From positions 1,830,001 to 1,862,000 of the forward strand of contig NC_014972.1 of assembly GCF_000186885.1 (NCBI RefSeq): 32,000 bases of DNA, read 5' to 3'. The notes under the pieces are model-generated. The model saw only the letters and a program-made list of their open reading frames with translations. It did not search any database and was not told the DNA's origin. This document shows, piece by piece, positions 1 through 9,093 of the stretch (positions are counted from its first letter, which is position 1; each line of letters begins with the position of its first letter). The DNA comes from Desulfobulbus propionicus DSM 2032. Its GTDB lineage: Bacteria > Desulfobacterota > Desulfobulbia > Desulfobulbales > Desulfobulbaceae. The translations under genes were made by a program, and so were the position numbers.

Positions 1-188
1 AGATTGAAGCCGCGGAAAAATTGATCGAACAGTCGATCGATGTCGCGGTGAATTTGTACCATTGGATCACCGTGCCGTTGTGGATAAAAGGGGGCCTTGT
101 GTTCGTGTTTCACCGGCACGGTATGCTCGATTTCCTCTTCGTTCTTGAACCAATTCCAGGGGGCCAGTTTTTTCAGTTCCATGGTCAT
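1..188 (-). CDS. Hsp20 family small heat shock protein, N-terminal part (runs off window start)
   Basis: Reverse strand from 188 translates MTMELKKLAPWNWFKNEEEIEHTVPVKHEHKAPFYPQRHGDPMVQIHRDIDRLFDQFFRGF..., typical sHSP N-terminus (LAPWNWF...IDRLFDQFF); RBS-like AGAGGAGC upstream. Confidence 0.75.
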   Translation of the reverse strand, partial: MTMELKKLAPWNWFKNEEEIEHTVPVKHEHKAPFYPQRHGDPMVQIHRDIDRLFDQFFRGFN

Positions 189-232
189 TGCTCCTCTTGC
201 TTCCGTGTTGGTTGTTCGGCGTATCTGCGTTA

Positions 233-619
233 TCAGCCGACCTTGATTTCAATCTGCCTTGGCTTTGCGGCCTCTGACTTGGGCAGATGGAGCCGCAAGA
301 CACCGTTACTGAGCTCGGCATGGACTTTCTCGATATCAATGCTCTGCGGCACGGAGAACGTCCGGCGGAATTCCACCTCGCCAAATTCCCGCCAGGCAGC
401 GGCGCCGCTGGTCACCAGCCGGCGCATGCCGGACAGGGTCATCTTGCCGTTGTCGATGTTGATGGCTATGGCGTCCTTGATCACGCCGGGCATATCGGCA
501 TAGAGCAGAATCTCGCTGTCGTTTTCAAAAATATCCACTTCGGGCGCGACAACCGGCAGCTGTTGAACAAGTTCTCCTGCCTGTTCTTTTCGGGTGACAA
601 CCTCGGTGTTCTCGCTCAT
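233..619 (-). CDS. Hsp20/alpha-crystallin family small heat shock protein
   Basis: 128 aa ORF with alpha-crystallin domain pattern (DIFENDSEILLYADMPGV...FRRTFSVPQSIDIEKVHAELSNGVLRLHLPKSEAAKPRQIEI). Confidence 0.93.
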   Translation of the reverse strand: MSENTEVVTRKEQAGELVQQLPVVAPEVDIFENDSEILLYADMPGVIKDAIAINIDNGKMTLSGMRRLVTSGAAAWREFGEVEFRRTFSVPQSIDIEKVHAELSNGVLRLHLPKSEAAKPRQIEIKVG

Positions 620-664
620 GGGTATCCTCCTTGTTCTGTGTTCGATTTTTGAATGATCGTCGAA

Positions 665-1111
665 TCAATTGATACTGATCTGTCGTGGTTTGGCGGCTTC
701 CGACTTGGGGAGGGTCATTTTGAGCAAGCCATCCTTCAAGGTGGCTTCCACTTTGGAAGCATCTACCTCGTAGGGCAGGGTGAAGCTACGGGAAAAGGAT
801 CCTGTCCCCCGTTCGGTGCGATGGATTTTAAAGGTGTCGGGGGTGTCCGATTTGCGCGCTCCGCTGATTTCCAGATAGTTGCCCTGAATCTTGACCTGCA
901 GATCCTCTTTCAGCACTCCGGGCAGTTCAACGACGATTTCCAGATTATCGCCGGTATCGCTGAGATTGGTGCGCGGAAAGGTATCAGCGGCAACCCATCC
1001 CTGGCCGAGATTGTAGGCCCGGTCGAACTCATTGAATACGTTGTTCATCCGGTTGCGGAACAGATCCATGGCCCCCATCATCTGATGAATGTCATTCCAT
1101 CGGGTAATCAT
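665..1111 (-). CDS. Hsp20/alpha-crystallin family small heat shock protein
   Basis: ORF 665..1156; likely start MITRWNDIHQ at 1111 preceded by AAAGGAGGAGACAAG; ends ...LKDGLLKMTLPKSEAAKPRQISIN. Confidence 0.93.
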   Translation of the reverse strand: MITRWNDIHQMMGAMDLFRNRMNNVFNEFDRAYNLGQGWVAADTFPRTNLSDTGDNLEIVVELPGVLKEDLQVKIQGNYLEISGARKSDTPDTFKIHRTERGTGSFSRSFTLPYEVDASKVEATLKDGLLKMTLPKSEAAKPRQISIN

Positions 1112-1185
1112 CTTGTCTCCTCCTTTTCGTGAGTGTGTAGGGTATGTTCCGATCATGCATGACCCCGTCTTTGTGTTGTAGTTGA

Positions 1186-1213
1186 ACTATAAGTATGACA
1201 AATAGCCAGTCAA
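1186..1213 (-). promoter_or_regulatory. Candidate sigma-70 type promoter for the Hsp20 genes
   Basis: Reverse strand TTGACT-N16-TATAGT upstream of the 1111 start. Confidence 0.45.
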
Positions 1214-1237
1214 TGCGACTTATGAATATTTTGGTTG

Positions 1238-1271
1238 CATTACTTATTGTGAAAATTTATCAATAGTAATG
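1238..1271. promoter_or_regulatory. Inverted repeat in the divergent intergenic region, possible operator
   Basis: CATTAC(T)TATTG - 11 nt - CAATAGTAATG; 11 bp arms with one extra base. Confidence 0.35.
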
Positions 1272-1307
1272 AAATGGTATGAATGAGCAGTAAGAAGGAG
1301 GTGTGCG

Positions 1308-1907
1308 ATGAGTGATGAACAGGATGGAAAAAAATACGGGGAGGGGCTATTGGCTGGTTTGTCCGCCGATACCCTGCGGGGCCGGCAATCGGTACGGGCG
1401 ACTTTTCGTCTGCCGTCGCAGGTGATAGCGTTACTCAGCCTAGCCGCCAACCAGTTGGGATTGAAGCAGAAATCGCTCTTCGATCAGCTAGTGGAAGACC
1501 GGGAGGTGCTGAAACAGCTCGCCCAGGCCGCCGGTTCGTATTCGCCAAGCGGTGAACAGCGGCAGCAAAAGACCTTTGTGGTCAGCCGCAACTCGCTGCT
1601 GTCGCTCGAATATGTAGCCAAGGCCTGCGGTTTGCCGCGTGATCTCCTGGTGGAGTTGTCCATTCGACGACTGTTGCCGGTGATGAGTTCGGAGCAGGAA
1701 AAACAGAAGAAAAGGCGGGCGGTCCTGGCCGAGATGGAATCGTTTCTGCAACAAGGTCAGGCTTTGTGGGCGAGCGCCGAGCAATTGCTCGGCGAAACTG
1801 ATGACACCACCAGGCAGCTCGCCATGGTGTTGCTGCACTGTGAACGGGCGGTCAACGATCTGCGCCAGGCTATTGACCAGGGAAAAGAAATCGAGGGATA
1901 TCAATAA
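1308..1907 (+). CDS. Hypothetical protein, possible tandem ribbon-helix-helix DNA-binding protein
   Basis: 199 aa ORF with strong RBS (AAGGAGGTG). Two segments resemble beta-helix-helix units: RATFRLPSQVIALLSLAANQLGLKQKSLFDQLVED and KTFVVSRNSLLSLEYVAKACGLPRDLLVELSIRRLL. Confidence 0.7.
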   Translation: MSDEQDGKKYGEGLLAGLSADTLRGRQSVRATFRLPSQVIALLSLAANQLGLKQKSLFDQLVEDREVLKQLAQAAGSYSPSGEQRQQKTFVVSRNSLLSLEYVAKACGLPRDLLVELSIRRLLPVMSSEQEKQKKRRAVLAEMESFLQQGQALWASAEQLLGETDDTTRQLAMVLLHCERAVNDLRQAIDQGKEIEGYQ

Positions 1908-2036
1908 GCATCGCTGTGCATTGACCACATGGTGGTGGTCTTGGGTCACAATTCAACATCTTGGAAATATGAGAAATATTTATAATATATTGTTTTTACA
2001 ATAAAATATCCGCATAAATTTTTTTGATTAAATAGT

Positions 2037-2065
2037 TTGACAGTAACGTCTTATTTTGTCATAAT
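2037..2065 (+). promoter_or_regulatory. Near-consensus sigma-70 type promoter upstream of rex/hyd locus
   Basis: TTGACA (2037-2042) - 17 nt - CATAAT (2060-2065). Confidence 0.6.
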
Positions 2066-2068
2066 AAA

Positions 2069-2090
2069 TATCGAGAATTAATTCTCGATA
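2069..2090. promoter_or_regulatory. 22-bp perfect palindrome overlapping predicted transcription start, candidate operator
   Basis: TATCGAGAATTAATTCTCGATA, perfectly self-complementary, immediately downstream of the -10 box. Confidence 0.55.
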
Positions 2091-2163
2091 GCAATCACCC
2101 CGACAAAGCGGGGCGCAGGGTAATCGGTATTTCATTCTTCATTCATGCTCAAGGGTGCGGGAT

Positions 2164-2856
2164 ATGGAAAACAAGACAGTACGGCCGATCCGGAAGAGTG
2201 AAAAGGGCGTGCCGGAGCCGACACTGCGTCGTTTGCCGTTGTATTACCGCCTCTTGAAACAGTTGCGCGAGGTCGGTCGCTCCGGCGTCTCCTGCACCAT
2301 GATCGGCACCGAACTCAAGCTCGATGCCACTCAGGTTCGCAAAGACATCGAGATGACCGGCACCGTGGGACGGCCGAAGGTGGGATACGATGTCAACGAG
2401 CTAATCTGCGCCATCGAAAAATTTCTCGGTTGGGACATCTCCACCGAGGCCTTTCTCGTCGGTGCGGGCAGCCTGGGGGAAGCGCTGATGGGCTACCCCG
2501 GCTTTGCCGAGTGCGGTCTTGATATCGTGGCCGCCTTCGATGTCGACCCGAACAAATGCCATCGGGTCATTCACGGCAAGCATGTCCGCCACATCAGCAA
2601 GCTGCCCGGCCTGATGCGCCGAATGCGCGTTCGTTTCGGGATTATCACTGTTCCCGCGTCCGAGGCCCAGCAGGCGGCCGACTTGCTGGTCGAGGGCGGG
2701 GTATTGGCCATTTGGAATTTTGCCCCGGCAAAGATACACGTGCCGGACCGTGTCATTGTGACCAACGAAGATCTGTACTGCTCGCTGGCCGTCCTGTCGC
2801 AAAAAATGACCAGGAAGCTGGCCGAGTCCCGTTCAAAAGGAGTATCCAAATCATGA
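2164..2856 (+). CDS. rex: Redox-sensing transcriptional repressor Rex
   Basis: PEPTLRRLPLYYRLLKQL...GVSCTMIGTELKLDATQVRKDIEMTG..GRPKVGYDV..AFLVGAGSLGEALMGY..., typical Rex winged helix plus Rossmann domain. Confidence 0.92.
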   Translation: MENKTVRPIRKSEKGVPEPTLRRLPLYYRLLKQLREVGRSGVSCTMIGTELKLDATQVRKDIEMTGTVGRPKVGYDVNELICAIEKFLGWDISTEAFLVGAGSLGEALMGYPGFAECGLDIVAAFDVDPNKCHRVIHGKHVRHISKLPGLMRRMRVRFGIITVPASEAQQAADLLVEGGVLAIWNFAPAKIHVPDRVIVTNEDLYCSLAVLSQKMTRKLAESRSKGVSKS

Positions 2857-3368
2857 CCACACTTGAGCAGGATGCCGTATCGCAAACGCCTGCGCGCCGT
2901 TACGAAAAAGTTTGCACGATCCTTGAACAGCACGACAACCAACCACAACGACTGATTCCTATCCTTCAAGCCGTCCAGGAGGAGTACCGCTATCTGCCCG
3001 AAGACGTGCTCACTTTTGTCGCCGCCGGCCTTGATGTGCCGCCGGCGCGTGTCTACGGCGTGGCTACCTTCTATTCCCACTTCGCCCTCGAACCCAAGGG
3101 CAAGTACTGCATCCGCTTGTGCGACGGCACCGCCTGCCATGTCAAACGTTCCATTCCCATCCTGGAGGCCATCTACAAGCGGCTGGGCCTGTCCAGCAAG
3201 CGCACCACCACCGAGGACATGCTGTTCACCGTGGAGACCGTCGCTTGTCTCGGCGCCTGCGGCCTGGCGCCGGTGGTGGTGATCAACGAGGAGGTGCATG
3301 GCCAGATGACGCCTGAAGCAGCCATTCAACTCATCAACGAGATCGAGGAGCGGGAGAAGGTATCATGA
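2853..3368 (+). CDS. hydC: NuoE-like [2Fe-2S] subunit of bifurcating/NAD-linked [FeFe] hydrogenase (HydC type)
   Basis: LRLCDGTACHVKRS... and ETVACLGACGLAPVVVINEEVHGQ, thioredoxin-like 2Fe-2S motif; overlaps rex stop by ATGA. Confidence 0.9.
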   Translation: MTTLEQDAVSQTPARRYEKVCTILEQHDNQPQRLIPILQAVQEEYRYLPEDVLTFVAAGLDVPPARVYGVATFYSHFALEPKGKYCIRLCDGTACHVKRSIPILEAIYKRLGLSSKRTTTEDMLFTVETVACLGACGLAPVVVINEEVHGQMTPEAAIQLINEIEEREKVS

Positions 3369-5266
3369 ACACCATGCAACAAACAGTGAATAATGCCGAC
3401 CCGTTGATGGGTGCCCAACGACGGGTGGTGATCTGCGCCGGCACCGGCTGCGTCGCCAACGGCGCCATGAAGGTCCATGCCGCCTTTCAGCAGCGGATGG
3501 CCGAGAAGAATCTACCCTTTGTCCTCGAACTCCGGGAAGAAAACGACAATAGCGGCAAGACCGCCTTCACCCGCAGCGGCTGTCAGGGGTTCTGTCAGAT
3601 GGGGCCGCTGGTGACGGTCCTGCCGGAGAACATCCTCTACACCCAGGTCAAACCGGCCGATATCGACGAAATCATCGAGACCAGCCTGATCGGCGGCGGG
3701 GTCGTCGAGCGGCTGTTGTACAGCGAGCCAGGCAACGGGCACGCGTGCAAGGGCACCGACGACATCCCCTTCTACACCCGCCAGCAGCGGTTCGTGCTCG
3801 GCGACTGCGGCACCATCGATCCGGAAAGCATTGACGAATACCTGCGCAACGGCGGCTATGAGGCGGCCAAGAAGGCTTTTCTGCAGATGTCGCCCGAGGC
3901 GATCTGCACCGAGATCTCCGAATCCGGCCTGCGCGGCCGAGGCGGCGGCGGCTTTCCCACCGGCCGCAAGTGGGAGGCGGCCCGCCGTCAGGCAGGAGAC
4001 AAGAAGTATGTCATCTGTAACGCCGACGAGGGCGACCCCGGTGCGTTCATGAACCGCAGCGTCATGGAGGGCAACCCCCACAGCGTCATCGAAGGTCTGA
4101 TGATCGCCGCCCGGGCCATCGGCGCCGACGAGACCCTGGTCTATGTGCGCGCCGAGTATCCGTTGGCGGTCGAACGCATGCGGCGTGCGGTCAAGGATGC
4201 CACCGCCCGTGGCATTCTCGGCGAAAACGTCTTTGGTTCCGGACTCAACATCAGCTGCGAGATCATGGAAGGGGCGGGTGCCTTTGTCTGCGGCGAGGAG
4301 ACGGCGATGATCGCCTCCATCGAGGGGCAGCGCGGCATGCCCCGGCCCAAGCCGCCGTTTCCGGCGCAAAGCGGTTTGTGGGGCAAGCCGACCATCATCA
4401 ACAACGTCGAGACCCTCGCCCACGCGGTACGCATTGTCCGCGAAGGGGCCATCCGTTTCCGCCAACTGGGCACCCCTGGTTCCCCGGGCACCAAGACTTT
4501 TGCCCTCACCGGCCATGTGGCCAACACCGGTCTGATCGAGGTGCCGTTTGGCACCACCCTGCGGGAGATCGTCCACAACATCGGCGGCGGCGTCACCAAG
4601 AGTGACGGCAGCATCGATCCTACCGGGTTCAAGGCGGTGCAGATCGGCGGGCCTTCGGGCGGCTGTCTGACCCAGGAGCACCTCGATCTGCCCATGGATT
4701 TCGACTCCTTGCGCACCGTGGGCGCCATGGTGGGCAGCGGCGGCCTGGTGGCCATGAACCAGGACACCTGCATGGTGTCGGTGGCCCGGTTCTTCATGGA
4801 GTTCACCCAGCGCGAGAGCTGCGGCAAGTGCGTGCTCTGCCGGGAGGGTACCCGCCAGATGCTGGCCCTGATGGACGACATCATCGAGGGGCGGGCCGAC
4901 GAGACCACCCTGCCGCTGCTCAGGGAACTGGCCGTGGCGGTGCAGAAGGGCTCGCTGTGCGGCCTGGGCAAGACCGCGCCCAATCCGGTGCTCTCCACCC
5001 TGCGTCATTTTCCGGAAGAGTACGAGGCTCATGTCCGCGACAAGGTCTGTCCGGCCGGTCAGTGCAAGGCCCTACTCAAGCCGTGGATCAATGCCGAGAA
5101 GTGCAAGGGCTGCGGCAAGTGCGCCAAGAAATGCCCGGTGGAGGCGATCAGCGGCGAACTCAAACAGCCGCATGTGATCGATCAGGACAAGTGTATCAAG
5201 TGCGGGGCCTGCCTGCAGTCCTGCAAATTCGGGGCAGTCGAGGGATTGCAAGGAGGTCAGGCATGA
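3365..5266 (+). CDS. hydB: NuoF-like FMN/NAD-binding subunit (HydB type)
   Basis: N-terminal 2Fe-2S thioredoxin-like domain, [46 protein letters not shown]-terminal 2x[4Fe-4S] ([24 protein letters not shown]). Confidence 0.93.
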   Translation: MNTMQQTVNNADPLMGAQRRVVICAGTGCVANGAMKVHAAFQQRMAEKNLPFVLELREENDNSGKTAFTRSGCQGFCQMGPLVTVLPENILYTQVKPADIDEIIETSLIGGGVVERLLYSEPGNGHACKGTDDIPFYTRQQRFVLGDCGTIDPESIDEYLRNGGYEAAKKAFLQMSPEAICTEISESGLRGRGGGGFPTGRKWEAARRQAGDKKYVICNADEGDPGAFMNRSVMEGNPHSVIEGLMIAARAIGADETLVYVRAEYPLAVERMRRAVKDATARGILGENVFGSGLNISCEIMEGAGAFVCGEETAMIASIEGQRGMPRPKPPFPAQSGLWGKPTIINNVETLAHAVRIVREGAIRFRQLGTPGSPGTKTFALTGHVANTGLIEVPFGTTLREIVHNIGGGVTKSDGSIDPTGFKAVQIGGPSGGCLTQEHLDLPMDFDSLRTVGAMVGSGGLVAMNQDTCMVSVARFFMEFTQRESCGKCVLCREGTRQMLALMDDIIEGRADETTLPLLRELAVAVQKGSLCGLGKTAPNPVLSTLRHFPEEYEAHVRDKVCPAGQCKALLKPWINAEKCKGCGKCAKKCPVEAISGELKQPHVIDQDKCIKCGACLQSCKFGAVEGLQGGQA

Positions 5267-7314
5267 TGAAGACGAAAACCGCCGCCCTCACCATTGACGG
5301 CCGCAAGGTGGCCATCGAGGGCGAGAAGAACCTGTTGGAGCTGGTGCGCAAGGCGGGCATCGACCTGCCCACCTTCTGTTATCACTCCGACCTGAGCGTT
5401 TACGGCGCCTGCCGCCTCTGTCTGGTCGACGTCGAGGGCCGCGGCATTCTCGGCGCCTGTTCGACCCCGCCGGAGCCGGGGTTGGTGGTGCGCACCAACA
5501 CCGAGGAGCTGCGCGAGATCCGCAAGATTTCAGTGGAACTGCTCCTGGCCAATCACGACCGGGAGTGCACCAGCTGCGTGCGCAGCGGCTCCTGTCAGTT
5601 GCAGGACATCGCCCGCCGGCTGGGGATCACCAAGATCCGCTACCGCTCCATCCACCAGCCCAAACCGGTGGATACCTCCAGTCCGTCGCTGATCCGTGAT
5701 CCCAACAAGTGCGTGCTCTGCGGCGACTGTGTCCGCTTCTGCGATGAGATTCAGAGTATCGGCGCCATCGATTTCGCTTTCCGGGGTCACGATGCCATGG
5801 TGCTGCCTGCCTTTGGCCATGATCTCGGCACCACCGAGTGCGTCAACTGCGGTCAGTGTGCCTCGGTCTGCCCCACCGGCGCCCTGGCACCGGCCTCGGA
5901 GATCGATGCGGTGTGGAAGGCGATCCACGATCCCAACACCGTGGTGGTGGCTCAGATCGCCCCGGCGGTGCGGGTGGCCATCGGCGAGCAGTTCGGTCTG
6001 GAGTACGGGCTCAACACCACCGGCCAGGTGGTGGCGGCCATGAAGCGGATGGGGTTTAACATCGTCTACGACACCAGCTTCACCGCCGACCTCACCGTGG
6101 TCGAGGAGGCGGGTGAGTTCATGGCCCGCAAGACCAACGGCGAGCGATTGCCGCTGTTCACCAGCTGTTGCCCGGGCTGGGTCAAGTTTGCCGAGCAGTA
6201 TTTCCCGCAGCTCTTGGGTAACCTCAGCTCCTGCCGTTCGCCGCAGCAGATGATGGGGTCCATGGTCAAGCACACCCTGCCGGCGCAGCTCGGTCGGGAG
6301 CGCAAGGATGTGGTCATGGTGTCGATCATGCCCTGCACGGCCAAGAAGTTCGAGGCCAAACGGCCGGAGTTCAAGACCGGTGGCTCGCCGGACGTGGATT
6401 TCGTCCTCACCACCCAGGAACTGGCGAGGATGATCGAGGAGTCGGGTCTGAGCCTCAACAAGCTCAATCCGGCCAGCTTCGACATGCCCATGGGTTTCAA
6501 GACCGGTGCCGGGGTCATCTTCGGCAACTCCGGCGGCGTCACCGAGGCAGTGCTGCGTTATGCGGTGGGCAAGATCACCGGCCAGAACCCGGTCGATCCT
6601 GAGTTCGAGGAGATCCGCGGCGAAGAGTCGCTACGCGTCATCCGCACCGAGGTCGGCGGCCTGGAGCTGAAACTGGCCATTGTCCACGGCCTGGGCAAGG
6701 CCCGCGAGGTGATGCACCAGATTCTCGACGGCTCGCTGATCGTCGATCTGGTCGAGGTCATGGCCTGTCCGGGCGGCTGCATCGGCGGCGCCGGCCAGCC
6801 GGTGGGCCGCGACATCGCCGAACGGCGGCGGGCGCGTACCGAATGGCTGTACAACACCGACCGGTTGCTCGATCTGCACTGCTCGCAGGAGAACCACTTC
6901 GTGAACGAGTGCTATCAGAAGTACTTGGGCGAACCGGGCAGTCGCGAGTCCCATCGTCTGCTCCATACCCACTACCACCACCGCCGCCGCACCGGCAGCG
7001 AGGAACTGGCCCTGGCCAAGGCCAAGGAGAGCGGCGACGGCGTGCTGACCGTGCGGGTCTGCGCCGGCACCGGCTGCTTTCTGCGCAACTCCCAGGCCAT
7101 TATCCAGGGCCTGATGAAACATGTCGAGGCCAACGACCTCGACGACAAGGTCCAGGTGCAGGCTTCCTTCTGCTTCGAGATGTGCGGCGAGGGACCCAAT
7201 GTGGCGGTGGGCGACACCATCATCAACCACGCCACCCTGGATGTGGTGATCAACGCCGTCCATGCCGAACTGGCACAGATGGCCTCGGGCCAGATGCAGG
7301 CCGACGCCTGCTGA
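5263..7314 (+). CDS. hydA: [FeFe] hydrogenase catalytic subunit, group A multi-cluster type (HydA), with C-terminal 2Fe-2S thioredoxin-like domain
   Basis: H-cluster motifs FTSCCPGW, MPCTAKKFEAKRPE, EVMACPGGCIGGAGQP; N-terminal 2Fe-2S and 4Fe-4S motifs; C-terminal VRVCAGTGC...SFCFEMCGEGPNVAVGD. Confidence 0.95.
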   Translation: MMKTKTAALTIDGRKVAIEGEKNLLELVRKAGIDLPTFCYHSDLSVYGACRLCLVDVEGRGILGACSTPPEPGLVVRTNTEELREIRKISVELLLANHDRECTSCVRSGSCQLQDIARRLGITKIRYRSIHQPKPVDTSSPSLIRDPNKCVLCGDCVRFCDEIQSIGAIDFAFRGHDAMVLPAFGHDLGTTECVNCGQCASVCPTGALAPASEIDAVWKAIHDPNTVVVAQIAPAVRVAIGEQFGLEYGLNTTGQVVAAMKRMGFNIVYDTSFTADLTVVEEAGEFMARKTNGERLPLFTSCCPGWVKFAEQYFPQLLGNLSSCRSPQQMMGSMVKHTLPAQLGRERKDVVMVSIMPCTAKKFEAKRPEFKTGGSPDVDFVLTTQELARMIEESGLSLNKLNPASFDMPMGFKTGAGVIFGNSGGVTEAVLRYAVGKITGQNPVDPEFEEIRGEESLRVIRTEVGGLELKLAIVHGLGKAREVMHQILDGSLIVDLVEVMACPGGCIGGAGQPVGRDIAERRRARTEWLYNTDRLLDLHCSQENHFVNECYQKYLGEPGSRESHRLLHTHYHHRRRTGSEELALAKAKESGDGVLTVRVCAGTGCFLRNSQAIIQGLMKHVEANDLDDKVQVQASFCFEMCGEGPNVAVGDTIINHATLDVVINAVHAELAQMASGQMQADAC

Positions 7315-7331
7315 GCACGGCATAAACGAGC

Positions 7332-7367
7332 GCTCCCGCCGGGATCTGTGCGGTATCCGGCGGGAGC
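7332..7367 (+). terminator. Strong hairpin just after hydA; possible attenuator/terminator or RNA-processing element (no clear U tract)
   Basis: GCTCCCGCCGG (7332-7342) pairs perfectly with CCGGCGGGAGC (7357-7367). Confidence 0.4.
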
Positions 7368-7390
7368 TGTTCATTGATTCATGTTTCGCT

Positions 7391-7437
7391 CCTCCGTGGC
7401 GTGGCCGCTTTCGCGACAGGCGGCCGTGCCGCGGAGG
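7391..7437 (+). other. Stem-loop, 18 bp stem with three G-U wobbles
   Basis: CCTCCGTGGCGTGGCCGC (7391-7408) pairs with GCGGCCGTGCCGCGGAGG (7420-7437). Confidence 0.5.
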
Positions 7438-7516
7438 AATTGCGCAGAAAAGGCATCCGGTCACGATGCTCAATAAATTCGACAACGCTCCCAGACTACT
7501 CCAAGATGCGCTGCGT

Positions 7517-7546
7517 GGACTCCGGTATGGGCTGATACCGGAGTCC
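7517..7546 (+). other. Stem-loop, 12 bp perfect stem, 6 nt loop
   Basis: GGACTCCGGTAT-GGGCTG-ATACCGGAGTCC. Confidence 0.5.
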
Positions 7547-7670
7547 TGTCGATTCGCTCCCCGTCCTTCTGATTTTCCCTTGGCCGCCCCCTTAGTCCGT
7601 CTTACTATTGGCCCATGATTGCCTCCATTTTCGTTCTTCACCTCTCTTTTCCCTTCCGAGAGTAACCGGT

Positions 7671-9089
7671 ATGGCCACGACCCGACCCGAAACCGATTCC
7701 CTCGGCACGCGCGAGGTCCCTGCCGCACCCCTGTGGGGAATTCATACCCTCAGGGCCCTGGAGAATTTCCCGCTCACCGGCCGACCGATCCACCCCCTGT
7801 TGGTCCGGTCCCTCGGCCTGGTCAAGCTGGCCGCGGCCCAGACCAATCACCGGCTGGGCGCCTGGAGCGACGATGACGACAAAGCCTCTGCCATCCTGGC
7901 CGCCTGCACCGAGATGGCCGAGGGCGGCTTAGGATCGGCCATCGTGGTCGATGCCCTCCAGGGAGGGGCCGGCACCAGCGCCAACATGAATGTCAACGAG
8001 GTGCTGGCCAACCGGGCCCTGGAACTGCTGGGCTGTGGTCGGGGTGAGTACACCCGCGTCAATCCCCTCGATGACCTCAACCTCCACCAGTCGACCAACG
8101 ATGTCTTTCCCACCGCCCTGAAAATCGCGGCCTTGCTCTCGCTCGACCGGCTGGAACAGCGGGTGGTGGCCCTGCAGGAGGCGCTACAGGAGCAGGAGCA
8201 GCGGTGGGCCCATGTGGTCAAGGTGGGCCGCACCGAAATGCAGGACGCGGTGCTGATCACCGTGGGTCGCGGCTTCGGCGCCTATGCCGAGGCCATCAAT
8301 CGCGACCGCTGGCGCATCTCCAAATGCCGGGAGCGGCTGCGGGTGGTCAACCTCGGCGGTACCGCCGTGGGCACCGGTCTGGCCGCGCCGCGCCGCTATA
8401 TCTTCGAGGTTACCGAGGCCCTGCGCCAGCTCACCGGGCTCAGTCTGGCCCGGGCCGAGAACCTGGTCGAGGCCACCCAGAATGTGGATGTCTTTGTCGA
8501 GGTCTCGGGTATCCTCAAGGCCCATGCCGCCAGCCTGTTGAAAATCTGCACCGATCTGCGTCTGCTCAGTTCCGGCCCGGACGCCGGTCTGGCCGAGATC
8601 CGCTTGCCTGCGCGTCAGGCCGGTTCCTCGATCATGCCGGGCAAGGTCAACCCGGTGATCCCCGAGGCGGTCAGTCAGGCGGCCATGCTGGTGATCGGCA
8701 ACGACACGACCCTGACCCTGGCCTGCGCCTCGGGCAGCCTGGAACTCAATCCCTTTTTGCCGCTGGTGGCCCTGACCCTGCTCGACAACCTCGACCTGCT
8801 CGCCCAGGCTGACGACATCCTCTGTCGCCACTGCATAGTCGGCATCAAGGTCGACGAGGCGCGCTGCGCCCGTCAGGTGGAAAACTCCACCGCCTCGGCC
8901 ACGGCCCTGCTGCCGGCCATCGGCCATGAACGGGCCGCGGAGATCGCGCGCAAGGCGGCGCACACCGGCACCAGTGTCCGTGAGCTGGCCCGCGAGGCCG
9001 GGATCAGCGACGTCCAGTTCGATCAACTCACCAGCGCCACCGCGGTCTGCCGCTTAGGCTTTGTCCCTCCCTCCACCGAAAAACGATAA
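7671..9089 (+). CDS. aspA: Aspartate ammonia-lyase / fumarase-superfamily enzyme, hydrogenase maturation associated
   Basis: Superfamily signature GSSIMPGKVNPVIPE, NLHQSTNDVFPTA, VKVGRTEMQDA; located directly upstream of hydF/hydE. Confidence 0.88.
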   Translation: MATTRPETDSLGTREVPAAPLWGIHTLRALENFPLTGRPIHPLLVRSLGLVKLAAAQTNHRLGAWSDDDDKASAILAACTEMAEGGLGSAIVVDALQGGAGTSANMNVNEVLANRALELLGCGRGEYTRVNPLDDLNLHQSTNDVFPTALKIAALLSLDRLEQRVVALQEALQEQEQRWAHVVKVGRTEMQDAVLITVGRGFGAYAEAINRDRWRISKCRERLRVVNLGGTAVGTGLAAPRRYIFEVTEALRQLTGLSLARAENLVEATQNVDVFVEVSGILKAHAASLLKICTDLRLLSSGPDAGLAEIRLPARQAGSSIMPGKVNPVIPEAVSQAAMLVIGNDTTLTLACASGSLELNPFLPLVALTLLDNLDLLAQADDILCRHCIVGIKVDEARCARQVENSTASATALLPAIGHERAAEIARKAAHTGTSVRELAREAGISDVQFDQLTSATAVCRLGFVPPSTEKR

Positions 9090-9093
9090 CATC

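Noticed and set aside
2069-2090. Considered as a canonical Rex operator
   Set aside because: Sequence lacks the TTGTGA/TCACAA half-sites, so I call it only an unassigned palindrome.
3512-5032. 506-aa ORF antisense to hydB
   Set aside because: Antisense mirror of a strongly supported coding region in GC-rich DNA; low-complexity His/Gly/Ala/Arg-rich translation, no domain motifs.
7262-7618. 118-aa ORF through the hairpin-rich intergenic region
   Set aside because: Starts within hydA, translation resembles translated hairpins, no clear RBS; region better explained as non-coding.
6631-7728. 365-aa minus strand ORF spanning the hydA 3' end and hairpin region
   Set aside because: Mostly antisense to hydA and the structured intergenic region; composition not protein-like.
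8184-9026. 280-aa ORF antisense to the aspartase-like gene
   Set aside because: Shadow ORF; sense strand carries the conserved lyase signature.
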